Assembly (NCBI GenBank): GCA_965240325.2
Contig: OZ251229.1
Coordinates: forward strand, 868,001-932,000
Length of the DNA: 64,000 bases
Source of the DNA: Rebecca billardiae RCC1528
Lineage: Eukaryota; Protista; Haptophyta
Direction of reading: 5' to 3'
The notes under the pieces were generated by a model that saw only the letters and a list, made by a program, of their open reading frames with translations, had not been told where the DNA came from and did no database searches. The position numbers and the translations under genes were made by a program. Positions 55,226-64,000 of this stretch are shown here, one piece after another. The first letter of the stretch is position 1, and every line of letters begins with the position of its first letter.

Positions 55226-58177
55226 TCAAGCTGCGACAGTCCGCCCAGCCCCGGCGCCGGCGCCGGCTGCGCCTGGAGCGGGTCCGGTGATGCCCATCCC
55301 CGCCGCTACGCGCCTGAGGACCTCGTCCGCGCCGAGCGCGTAGTTGGTGGGCTCATCCGCAACCTTCTGCCACTGCTCGCCGTGCGTCGGCTTCGCGCTC
55401 ACCGCGCGCTGCAGCACGTCCGCCTGCTGCTCGGCCGTGCCGCACGCGCACTCGAACGCGTAGTAGTTGGCCCACGCGTCGCCGAGCTGCGGGTCGAGGG
55501 CGGCCGCGCGGTTGCACCATGCGCGCGCCTTGTCCATCTGGCGCGCGTGGGGCGGGCGGCGCAGGGGAGCGCGGCGGGGGCGCGGGGGCACGCGCGCGCG
55601 CGCGCCGCGTGAGCGCGCTCGCCGCGCAGCCGCGCCTCGCGCCCGCGCGTCGCTCGCCCGCCCGCCCGCCCCGCGCGCGCGCGCACGCACCTTGCGGTCC
55701 CTCCAGAAGAGGCGCGCCACCGCCACCACAACATGCGGGTCGTTGTCGCACCGCTTGATCGCGTCCGTGCTCTTCGCCTTCTGCGACTGGCGGGGCTCCA
55801 TCGCGATGGCCTCGGCCCAGAGCACGCCCGCGCTCGGGCACGCCTGCAGCGCCTTCGCCATCAGCGCCGCCGCCGCCTGCGCGTTGCCCGCCCGCCGCTC
55901 GATCCGCACACCCTCGAGCCAGAGCAGAGGCTCGGCCGCGCGCCGCAGCCGCGCGGACTCGACAATCGTGCGCGCCTTCCCCGGCTGGCCGGCCGCCTCC
56001 TCGAGCTGGGCGGCGGCGATCCAGAGCTCGCCCGCGTCGGGGCAGAGCTTCTGCCCCCGCTGGTACGACGCGCGCGCCGCGTCCACCTCGCCCAGCGCGC
56101 GCTCGACCGCCGCCTTGGCCGCGTGCAGCGCGGCGCAGTGCGGGTGCACGCGCACGCCCGCGCTCGCGAGCGCGAGCGCGGCTCGCTCGTCTCCGAGGCT
56201 GCGCTCGAGGCGGACGGAGCGCGCCCAGATGGCCTCGGTGCCCGCGCCGTCGCGCGCCTTGGCGAGCACCGCGCGCGCGCGCTCGTGCTCCGCCAGGTCG
56301 AGCTCGAGCTGCGCCGCGGCCAGCCACACCGCCTCCGACTTGGAGTTGGCGCGGAAGGCTTCTGTCAGCACGTCGCGCGCGCCCTGCACGTCGCCCGCGG
56401 CGCGCGCCTCCGACGACGCGAGGAGCCAGAGCGAAACGGCGTGCGGGCAGAACTCGACGGCGCGGCGCAGCAGGGCCTGCAGCGCGTCGGCCGAGCCGTG
56501 CGCCTTCTCGTGCGCCGCCGCCTTCTCCCACACCGAGCGCTTCGTCGGGAAGGCGGCGAGGCAGGCGGCGAAGACCGCGCGCGCGCACTCGTGCGAGCCG
56601 CGCGCACCAAACGCGTCAGCGTCCTCGAGCCAGATGCGCCGCCGGTCCTCCTCCTCGACGCCGAAGGCGAGGGTGTGCTTGACGATGGCGTGGCACGTGA
56701 GCGGGCTCCCCGCGCGCTCCGCCGCCTCCGCCTCGCCCAGCCACAGCTCGCGGTCGGGCACCACCTGGTGCTGCGCGAGCCACTCGAGCGCCTTGCCCAT
56801 CAGCTTGTCGCACCGCTCGCCGTGGCCGTTCGCCTCCTCCAGCTTGATCGCGGCGACCCAGACGAGGGGCTCGGTGGGCACGGCCTCGAGGGCCTTGTTC
56901 AGCACCTTGCGCGCCTTCTCGTACGTCTCGAGCCGCGCGAGCGCCAGCCACATGTCCACCGAGTGCGGCACGCACTCGACGGCGCGCGCCAGCATCAGCC
57001 TCGCGTCGTCGGGAGTCTCGAGGTCGATGGCCGCCTGCCACAGCTTGACCGAGTTGGGCACGAGCTCGAGCGCCTTGCGCAGGACGAGGCGGCGGAGGCG
57101 CGGCTCGGGCTCGAGCGAGGCGGCGGTGAGCCAGATCTTCACCGACGTGGGCAGCTTGCGCACCGCGTCCGCCAGGATCACGCGCGCGTTCTCGTCGCCG
57201 TGCAGCCGCGCCGCTTCCAGCCACACGTCCTCCGCGTCCGCACAGGTCTCGCACGCCTCCTTCATCAGAGAGCGCGCGCGGCTGGGCTTGCCGGCGACCT
57301 CCTCGAGGCGCGCGGAGGCGATCCACGCGGGCGCGTGCTGCGGGTTCGTCGTGCGCACCGAGTCGAGCAGCAGCCGCGCCTTCTTGATGTCGCCGATCTC
57401 CGCCGCGCTCGAGACCTTGATGGACGAGAGCTCGGTGAGGTAGCCCTTCGGGTCGACCACCGTCTGCCCGGTCACCGAGTCGGACATGAGGTCGAGCTTG
57501 ACGGAGAGCACCGAGTTGCGCGCCTCGCCGAGGGACTTGAGGTCCGCGAGCGGCGTGTCGCTCGGCGCGGCGCTCGACGCCCCGCCGCCATCGCGCGCCG
57601 CCGCGTCGACGACGCTGTTGGCCGAGTCGAGCTGCGAGCGCGCGCGGTCGAGCAGCGAGTCAGGCGCCTTCGTGAAGTACTCGGAGCGCTTGGCCTGCTG
57701 CGCGCCCTTGATGTGCGCGCCGGGCTCGGGGAGGCTCTCCCACTCCGTGTACGACACCTGCTCCAGGTCGCGCTTCAGGTCGGCGAACTGGTGCTGCAGC
57801 TTGGGCCGCACCTTGCGATACTTTGCGAGCTCCTCGTTCATGCGCGCCTCGCGGTGCGCGCGCCGCCGCTTGTCGAGGGTCGCGTCGACCTGCTCCCAGA
57901 CCTCGTCGGCGAGCTTGTCGTCCTCCTCGTACGGCGTGTCGCCGAACAGCCGCTCCTCGTACCCGTTGAAGTGGTCGTACTTGCCCTCGTTGAGCTCCTC
58001 CTTGCGCTCGGGCGGCTTGGCGGGCGGCGGCGGCGGCATGCCCGGCGTCGCCTCGCCGCCCGGGAGCATCCGGGCCGGTCCGATGTCCGATCGGGTGGTG
58101 AAACCCGTCGCGCCACGCCCGAGACCCGCCACATAGTTCGGCGGCGGCTGCGTGTTGAAGTTACGCGCGCTGCTCAT
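55226..58177 (-). CDS. PRP6: Pre-mRNA-processing factor 6 (U5 snRNP HAT-repeat protein); in-frame intron 55690-55538
   Basis: PPPNYVAGLGRGATGFTTRSDIGPA, DSVTGQTVVDPKGYLT, IGDIKKARLLL and HAT repeats. Confidence 0.96.
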   Translation of the reverse strand: MSSARNFNTQPPPNYVAGLGRGATGFTTRSDIGPARMLPGGEATPGMPPPPPAKPPERKEELNEGKYDHFNGYEERLFGDTPYEEDDKLADEVWEQVDATLDKRRRAHREARMNEELAKYRKVRPKLQHQFADLKRDLEQVSYTEWESLPEPGAHIKGAQQAKRSEYFTKAPDSLLDRARSQLDSANSVVDAAARDGGGASSAAPSDTPLADLKSLGEARNSVLSVKLDLMSDSVTGQTVVDPKGYLTELSSIKVSSAAEIGDIKKARLLLDSVRTTNPQHAPAWIASARLEEVAGKPSRARSLMKEACETCADAEDVWLEAARLHGDENARVILADAVRKLPTSVKIWLTAASLEPEPRLRRLVLRKALELVPNSVKLWQAAIDLETPDDARLMLARAVECVPHSVDMWLALARLETYEKARKVLNKALEAVPTEPLVWVAAIKLEEANGHGERCDKLMGKALEWLAQHQVVPDRELWLGEAEAAERAGSPLTCHAIVKHTLAFGVEEEDRRRIWLEDADAFGARGSHECARAVFAACLAAFPTKRSVWEKAAAHEKAHGSADALQALLRRAVEFCPHAVSLWLLASSEARAAGDVQGARDVLTEAFRANSKSEAVWLAAAQLELDLAEHERARAVLAKARDGAGTEAIWARSVRLERSLGDERAALALASAGVRVHPHCAALHAAKAAVERALGEVDAARASYQRGQKLCPDAGELWIAAAQLEEAAGQPGKARTIVESARLRRAAEPLLWLEGVRIERRAGNAQAAAALMAKALQACPSAGVLWAEAIAMEPRQSQKAKSTDAIKRCDNDPHVVVAVARLFWRDRKVRARARGAGGRASDARARGAAARRARSRGARARVPPRPRRAPLRRPPHARQMDKARAWCNRAAALDPQLGDAWANYYAFECACGTAEQQADVLQRAVSAKPTHGEQWQKVADEPTNYALGADEVLRRVAAGMGITGPAPGAAGAGAGAGRTVAA

Positions 58178-58390
58178 GGTGGCCCAAGGGGCAGACGACG
58201 ATGGCGGATGCCCGCCGCCGCGCGTGCGACCAGAGATCTTGATCCAACGCCAAAAATAATGGTCGTCTTATTTATTCGGTCCGGCGCGCTCGAAAAGCTG
58301 ACGACGAAATCAGCAGGGCGTCGTCGTCTTCGGCAAACAGGCCACTTGAGCGAGGGCGGGTTGGGCCTCTGCTGCGCGGTGAGGGGTGCC

Positions 58391-58737
58391 ATGGCGACGA
58401 TGTGGACGTTCGGTGCTGCCTTTGGGGTCGCGGTCCACTTCTTCTCCAACCAGATGCGCAAAGTGCCCTTCACACATCGTGCGTTCTTGCGCCCTCCCGG
58501 CGTCCAGTCACCTGCGCAAGCCTGACCCTCGCGCACAACCCCACTTCCTGCCCGCCGGGCGCGGCAGGGCCATGGGAGATTCCTCTTTTCGCCGTCGCGA
58601 CCGGATACGCCTTCCAGTACTACGACGAAGTCACCTCGCGGTCAGAGGTCAAGGTCAACGCCATGCTGCGGGACAGGGTCGAGCAGAACAAGGACTTTGT
58701 GACACCCTTGCCATCCGCTCCGGTGCCGCCCCACTAA
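58391..58737 (+). CDS. NDUFC2: Complex I accessory subunit NDUFC2/B14.5b-like; intron 58479-58567
   Basis: Spliced GAAFGVAVHFFSNQMRKVPFTHRPWE matches the plant/fungal pattern G..G.....SN.LRKLP....PWE. Confidence 0.72.
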
Positions 58738-60159
58738 GCCTCGCAGCAGGATGACACGCGTCCGCACCCATGCCTGGGTGCGGCGTGTATGGCGCCTCGC
58801 CGCCACGGATACCCTGCGCAGCCGCCGCGCAGACCGCACATGGATGCCGCACGTGTTCTCGGGTCACTCAGCTCGATCAGAATTACAGATGTGGCGTGCA
58901 TAGCTCTGCCAGGCCTGTGGCTCTGATGAGCAGCGAGGTGGCGCGACCGCCTTGCACCTCGCTCGGGCGTTTGGTCCTGTTGAGGCGACGGGCTCGAACG
59001 CTACGTGCAGACTACGCGCGACACAGAAAACTCTCACGGAACGGGAACCGCGTGTCTGGTGACCGCTCACGCTGCCGCAGCGGTCTGCGGTGCCAGCCTT
59101 CGGAACGGGAGTCTGTCTCTCTCTGTGTGTCAGAGTAACAACAGCACTGCTATTAGTTGCGACGAAATATTGCGGCCAACTATACATGTCACAGGCATTC
59201 AGGCAACATATATATATATCATCAACTTAGCAGTACCCGGTTTTAACTACTCTAAGAATATAAGAGACGCACACAGCGCCGTCCGTCTAACTGGCGGTCA
59301 GTCAGTCTGAAACGTCGGATCGGCGGGCACTCGGGAGAGCTCAGAGCTGAACTGAAGCGAGTAGTACAGCCCGGCCGCGGATTCGGTTGGCGATCAATGA
59401 TCAGACGGCTCGACGCGGCCGGAATATAACCACCATATCCTAAGTCGGCATGATTTGATATTACCCATCCCGGGCATCCGAGGGAGTGATGCCACTGATG
59501 CGGTCGTCATTGCCTGGTAGTACTTAGTGAATAACAGTGATTATAGCTTAAACTTGGGTGACGGACTCGATCGCGGCGCCGGCTCAGTCGACCGTCGGGC
59601 CGCGACGCTGACAGTGTCAACCGTCGTAGGGACTGTCGTTGGCGCCTCGTTGGCGCCGGCGGCACTCTTAGTATACTTATACAACGCGATATCGGGCACC
59701 GCTCGCTCTGTCCTTTCGCGAGCCTCCCAGAGCTGGCATCAGAGGACTCGCTCGGAGTAGAATCTGACTCAATACCTGTCTCACTAGCCTTAGTACCCGC
59801 GTAGTGGCTGTCGTCAAAATTCTGTGCCAGGCTGGCGGTTCAATCAGCAACGCGGTGCTACCCCGCGTCGACCCGCGTGAGTCTTAGACCGTCGTTGATT
59901 GAATTGAGTAGCGATATGTGATCCTGGTGTTATTGGCGGCGTCGGTAAAAATAGAACTATATAACGGTAAACGGATCATTATCGTCATACACGCAAGTCT
60001 ATTAATTAAGATTTTAAGAGTGACGCGACAAGGAGTCTGCCGCCGACGAATATAATCAGGCGGAGACCCGCGTCGTCCTACCTGTGTCGTCGTTAAATCA
60101 TGCTCGATCATGCTGCAGGTAGGCGTCAGAGTCAGCGCAAGCTTTAAATAATAAATATA

Positions 60160-60239
60160 TTCCCCTTTATTATAATAACGGGCTCCGGGCGGTGATCAGA
60201 CTGGCGGCCGAAGCCTCCAGCCCTACCCTGGCCAGCTCC
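60160..60239 (-). mobile_element. Repeat family C fragment
   Basis: TCCCCTTTA...TAACGGGCTCCGG...GATCAGACTGGCGGCCGAAGCCTCCAGCCCTACCCTGGCCAG. Confidence 0.6.
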
Positions 60240-60519
60240 TGTAGCAGCAGATCGAGCAGCAGGGACAAACACCAGGATCAGCCGGCTCCTCGCCGTCGTC
60301 CCCCCCCCTCCTCGTAGTCGCCCATCACTCCATCGCCGAGCGGAAGCTCGACGCACCGTCTGGCGTCGACGCGCGCGCGCCACCGCGGTGGACGGGTGGT
60401 CGCGCTGCCACGCGTCCTCAGCCGTCGTCTCGAAGTAGTCGTCGTATGACTCCCCGAGCGGAAGGGACTATCCTTCCCGACCGATAGCGGAAGTTACCCA
60501 CCCAGGTCCAGCAAGGACG

Positions 60520-63081
60520 ATGCCGTTCCGGTGTGATCACGCCAACTGCACGAAGGGGCCATCATACTGTACGGCATGCCGGGCGACACGCGCGCCAGCC
60601 GGTGCGCTGAGCACAAGCTGGCCGGCATGGTCGATGTGGTGAGCCCCAAGTGCGATCATGCCGGCTGCACAACACAGCCATCATACGGTATGCCGGGCGA
60701 CACGCACGGCAGCCGGTGCGCTGAGCACAAGCTGGCCGGCATGGTCAATGTGGTGAGCCCCAAGTGCGGTCATGCCGGCTGCACGACGGTGCCATCATTC
60801 GGCATGCCGGGCGACACGCGCGGCAGCCGGTGCGCTGAGCACAAGCTGGCCGGCATGGTCAATGTGACGAGCCCCAAGTGCGATCATGCCGGCTGCACGA
60901 AGTCTCTTTCATACGGCATGCCGGGCGACACGCGCGGCAGCTGGTGCGCTGAGCACAAGCTGGCCGGCATGGTCAATGTGACGAGCCCCAAGTGCGATCA
61001 TGCCGGCTGCACGAAGTCTCCATCATACGGCATGCCGGGCGACACGCACGGCAGCCGGTGCGCTGAGCACAAGCTGGCCGGCATGGTCAATGTGACGAGC
61101 CCCAAGTGCGATCATGCCGACTGCACGAAGTCTCCATCATACGGCATGCCGGGCGACACGCGCGGCAGCTGGTGCGCTGAGCACAAGCTGGCCGGCATGG
61201 TCAATGTGACGAGCCCCAAGTGCGATCATGCCGGCTGCACGAAGTCTCCATCATACGGCATGCCGGGCGACACGCACGGCAGCCGGTGCGCTGAGCACAA
61301 GCTGGCCGGCATGGTCAATGTGACGAGCCCCAAGTGCGATCATGCCGACTGCACGAAGTCTCCATCATACGGCATGCCGGGCGACACGCGCGGCAGCTGG
61401 TGCGCTGAGCACAAGCTGGCCGGCATGGTCAATGTGACGAGCCCCAAGTGCGATCATGCCGGCTGCACGAAGTCTCCATCATCATACGGCATGCCGGGCC
61501 GGCCGCCGGGCGACACGCACGGCAGCCGGTGCGCTGAGCGGCAAGCTGGACGGCATGGTCAATGTGACGCGCCCCAAGTGCGATCATGCCGGCTGCACAA
61601 CACGTCCATCATACGGCATGCCGGGCGACACGCACGGCAGCCGGTGCGCTGAGCACAAGCTGGACGGCATGGTCAATGTGGTGAACCGCCTCAAGTGCGA
61701 TCATGCCGGCTGCACGACGGTGCCATCATTCGGCATGCCAGGCGACGCGCGCGCCAGCTGGTGCGCTGAGCACAAGATGGCCGGCATGGTCAGACATGTG
61801 GGATGCCGCAAGTGCGATCATGCTGGTTGCAAGACGGGGGCATCGCACGGCATGCCGGGCGACACGCGCGCCAGCCGGTGCGCTGAGCACAAGCTGGCCG
61901 GCATGGTCAATGTGACGAGCCCCAAGTGCGATCATGCCGGCTGCACGAAGGTGCCATCATTCGGCATGCCGGGCGACGCGCGCGGCAGCCGGTGCGCTGG
62001 GCACAGGCTGGACGGCATGGTCAATGTGGTGAACTCCAAATGCGATCATGCCGGCTGCGCAACACGGCCATCATACGGCATGCCGGGCGACACGCACGGC
62101 AGCCGGTGCGCTGAGCACAAGCTGGACGGCATGGTCAATGTGGTGAACCGCCGCAAGTGCGATCATGCCGGCTGCACGAAGTCTCCATCATGCGGCATGC
62201 CGGGCGACGCGCGCGCCAGCCGGTGTGCTGAGCACAAGCTGGACGGCATGGTCAATGTGGTGAGCCCCAAGTGCGATCATGCCGGCTGCACGAAGTCTCC
62301 ATCATACGGCATGCCGGGCGACGCGCGTGCCAGCCGGTGTGCTGAGCACAAGCTGGCCGGCATGGTCAACGTGAAGAACCCCAAGTGCGATCATGCCAGC
62401 TGCACGAAGGTGCCATCATTCGGCATGCCGGGCGACGTGCGCGGCAGCCGGTGCGCTGGGCACAAGCTGGACGGCATGGTCAATGTGATGAGCCCCAAGT
62501 GCGACCATGCCGGCTGCACAACACGGCGATCATACGGCATGCCGGACGACGCGCGCCCCAGTCGGTGTGCGAAGCACAAGCTGGCCGGCATGGTCCACAG
62601 AGACAATCTCACCGTGCACAAGCGGCGCAGGCTGGCAGAATACCCAGGCAGCCAGCCAATGCACAACGCCATTCGACCGCGAGAGCACACCGACCTCAGA
62701 GACGCTACCGCACGCGGTGACGCCATTGCGCAGCCGCAGTCGCCGCTGCCGCCGCCACTGCCCACAGCCCAAGTCGCGCTCTGGCGCTCACCTGACGGGG
62801 TCACTCACTGCAACGACGTTCACATTGGTGCCGAGCAGGACCTGCCGCAGCCGCAGTCGTGCTCGCGGAGCCAAGATGATCCTGCTCAGCCTTGCGATGC
62901 CCTTGGTGGCTTTGCCCGACGAGCAGCTCCAACGTGTGTGCATCAGTCTGTGGTCCCCGTTCCCGACGGTGTCGTCACTGCGCGAAGGGTCGTTCTCCCA
63001 CCGGATGATCCTCGGCGGCGTCTGCTTTGCACGGCGACCCTGGTCTCCGACTCCGCCGCTGACACAAGATCTATCTACTAG
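60520..63081 (+). pseudogene. EsV-1-7 cysteine-rich repeat protein, 18 repeats of ~38 aa (114 bp), disrupted by two frameshifts
   Basis: The unit CDHAGCTKSPSYGMPGDTRGSRCAEHKLAGMVNVTSPK fits the EsV-1-7 C-x4-C...C-x2-H pattern. There is a +5 insertion at 60565-60571 and a +1 at ~61540. Confidence 0.85.
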
Positions 63082-63232
63082 CACACGGCACAGCCGGCTG
63101 CCTTCCGCGCGCCACGGGTATAGTGCGAGTTACTAAGGGCTTAGCATGGCAGCGGCGGCGGTGTTAGCCGTTACCGCCGTTACCCCGGCGTCACTAGCAC
63201 TAGCTCGCTGATATTAAAATTAATAACATATT

Positions 63233-64000
63233 GGCCCGCGGTGCAGGGCGGAGCGCGCAGCGTGGAGCCCGCACCAGTGGGCCCGAACCACGTTTCAAAA
63301 AGATCTTTGATCAAGAAAAAGGGACGCGGGGGCCGATTTTTAGGGCTGGCGGAGACCGAGTTTCGAATTTTGAGACCCTCTCTACAGGTGCATCACGGAG
63401 AAAAAAACCGCGCCCACAACATTCCCCTAATCAATCGTGGACGGCCGGGCGTGAGAGTTCACTTCTGTGTGAAGTAGGACGGTTACAAGTCCAATACAAG
63501 CGTCAGCTTCTTTGAGGCTATTTTCGCACGTCCATACGGGATCAGCGAAGTAACCAACCGATATATATTGGCTTCGTCGGGGTCGTATTCACTACTGATT
63601 CATATGCTGTATGGTTCACGCAGGCATAAAATCGCTTCGTCGGAGTCGTATCCACTACTGGAGAACATCATTTGCACCGCTTCGTTTTCATACATTATAA
63701 TATATATATGGTTCATGGACTGCTACGGGGTCGAGCAAAATATCATCGATATTCATCAGGCGCACGTGTGCGTATTCATCATCAGCCTTCGGGAATTGGG
63801 AGTAGCTATTGGCCTTTTGCCCTCTGGCGAGCCAGTTGTGCGCACTTTAATCTGAGCAGGCCTGAGCAGGCTCGAGGCCACTTTTTTGCCGCTCACGTGG
63901 ACATGATGCCGAGCACGTCTCACGAGGTGCGCGCGGCGAGTGGCGTCTGGAGCGCGCGGCTGTGGTGGGCCCCGACGGCCGTCGACATCGCGTTCGTGCC
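63233..64000 (+). mobile_element. Helentron/Helitron2-like family B, copy 3 (5' part; right boundary unknown)
   Basis: The first ~150 bp match 6897-7040 and the reverse of 48150-48294. It has its own ~63-bp-spaced direct repeat at 63571-63660. Confidence 0.6.

Noticed and set aside
55733-58525. 930-aa + strand ORF (likewise 35174..37933, 571..2313, 23882..25552, 38961..40688)
   Set aside because: These are antisense shadows of well-supported minus-strand genes.
60520-62600. Regularly spaced repeats suggesting a CRISPR array
   Set aside because: The units are contiguous, codon-phased 114-bp coding repeats with no unique spacers. The context is eukaryotic and there are no cas genes.

Overview
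Eukaryotic, very GC-rich and gene-dense nuclear DNA with short GT(G/A)CG...(G/C)CAG introns. It comes from a chlorophyll-c alga: an LHC/FCP gene with a bipartite-type leader is present. A haptophyte, possibly Pavlovales-like, is an inference. About 24 protein genes or pseudogenes are supportable. Recognisable products: ARM+IQ protein (runs off the left edge), GT25, DUF606/YdcZ DMT transporter, LHC, frameshifted double-AP2 gene, catalytically dead archaemetzincin-like protein, KLC-type TPR protein, FSH1 hydrolase, Tim21-like protein, SLC6/NSS transporter, PAN-like membrane protein, secreted RTX-type Ca-binding repeat protein, TPR-Kelch-pRiA4b-MYND protein, ABC-F, small Dpy-30 protein, phytol/farnesol kinase, MBD+HMG protein, RNase H+PPR-like protein, calcyphosin-like EF-hand protein, PRP6, NDUFC2-like protein and a disrupted 18-repeat EsV-1-7 gene. 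The less obvious signal is a mobilome readable directly from the DNA. (1) A 2.4-kb foldback/MULE-type element has ~350-bp TIRs built from palindromic modules and a perfect 9-bp TSD. (2) Two families of non-autonomous Helentron/Helitron2-like elements show a 5' terminal IR, a 3' subterminal IR and a 3' hairpin. (3) Solo TA|CAGTTTACTA Tc1/mariner-type ends occur with TACTGTA/TACAGTA footprints, one of which frameshifts the EsV-1-7 gene. (4) A 38-bp P-element-type remnant has a 7-bp TSD. (5) A repeat family shares one end and is truncated at the other. No rRNA, tRNA, CRISPR array or transposase ORF was recognised. All family calls come from motif recognition by eye, not from database searches.
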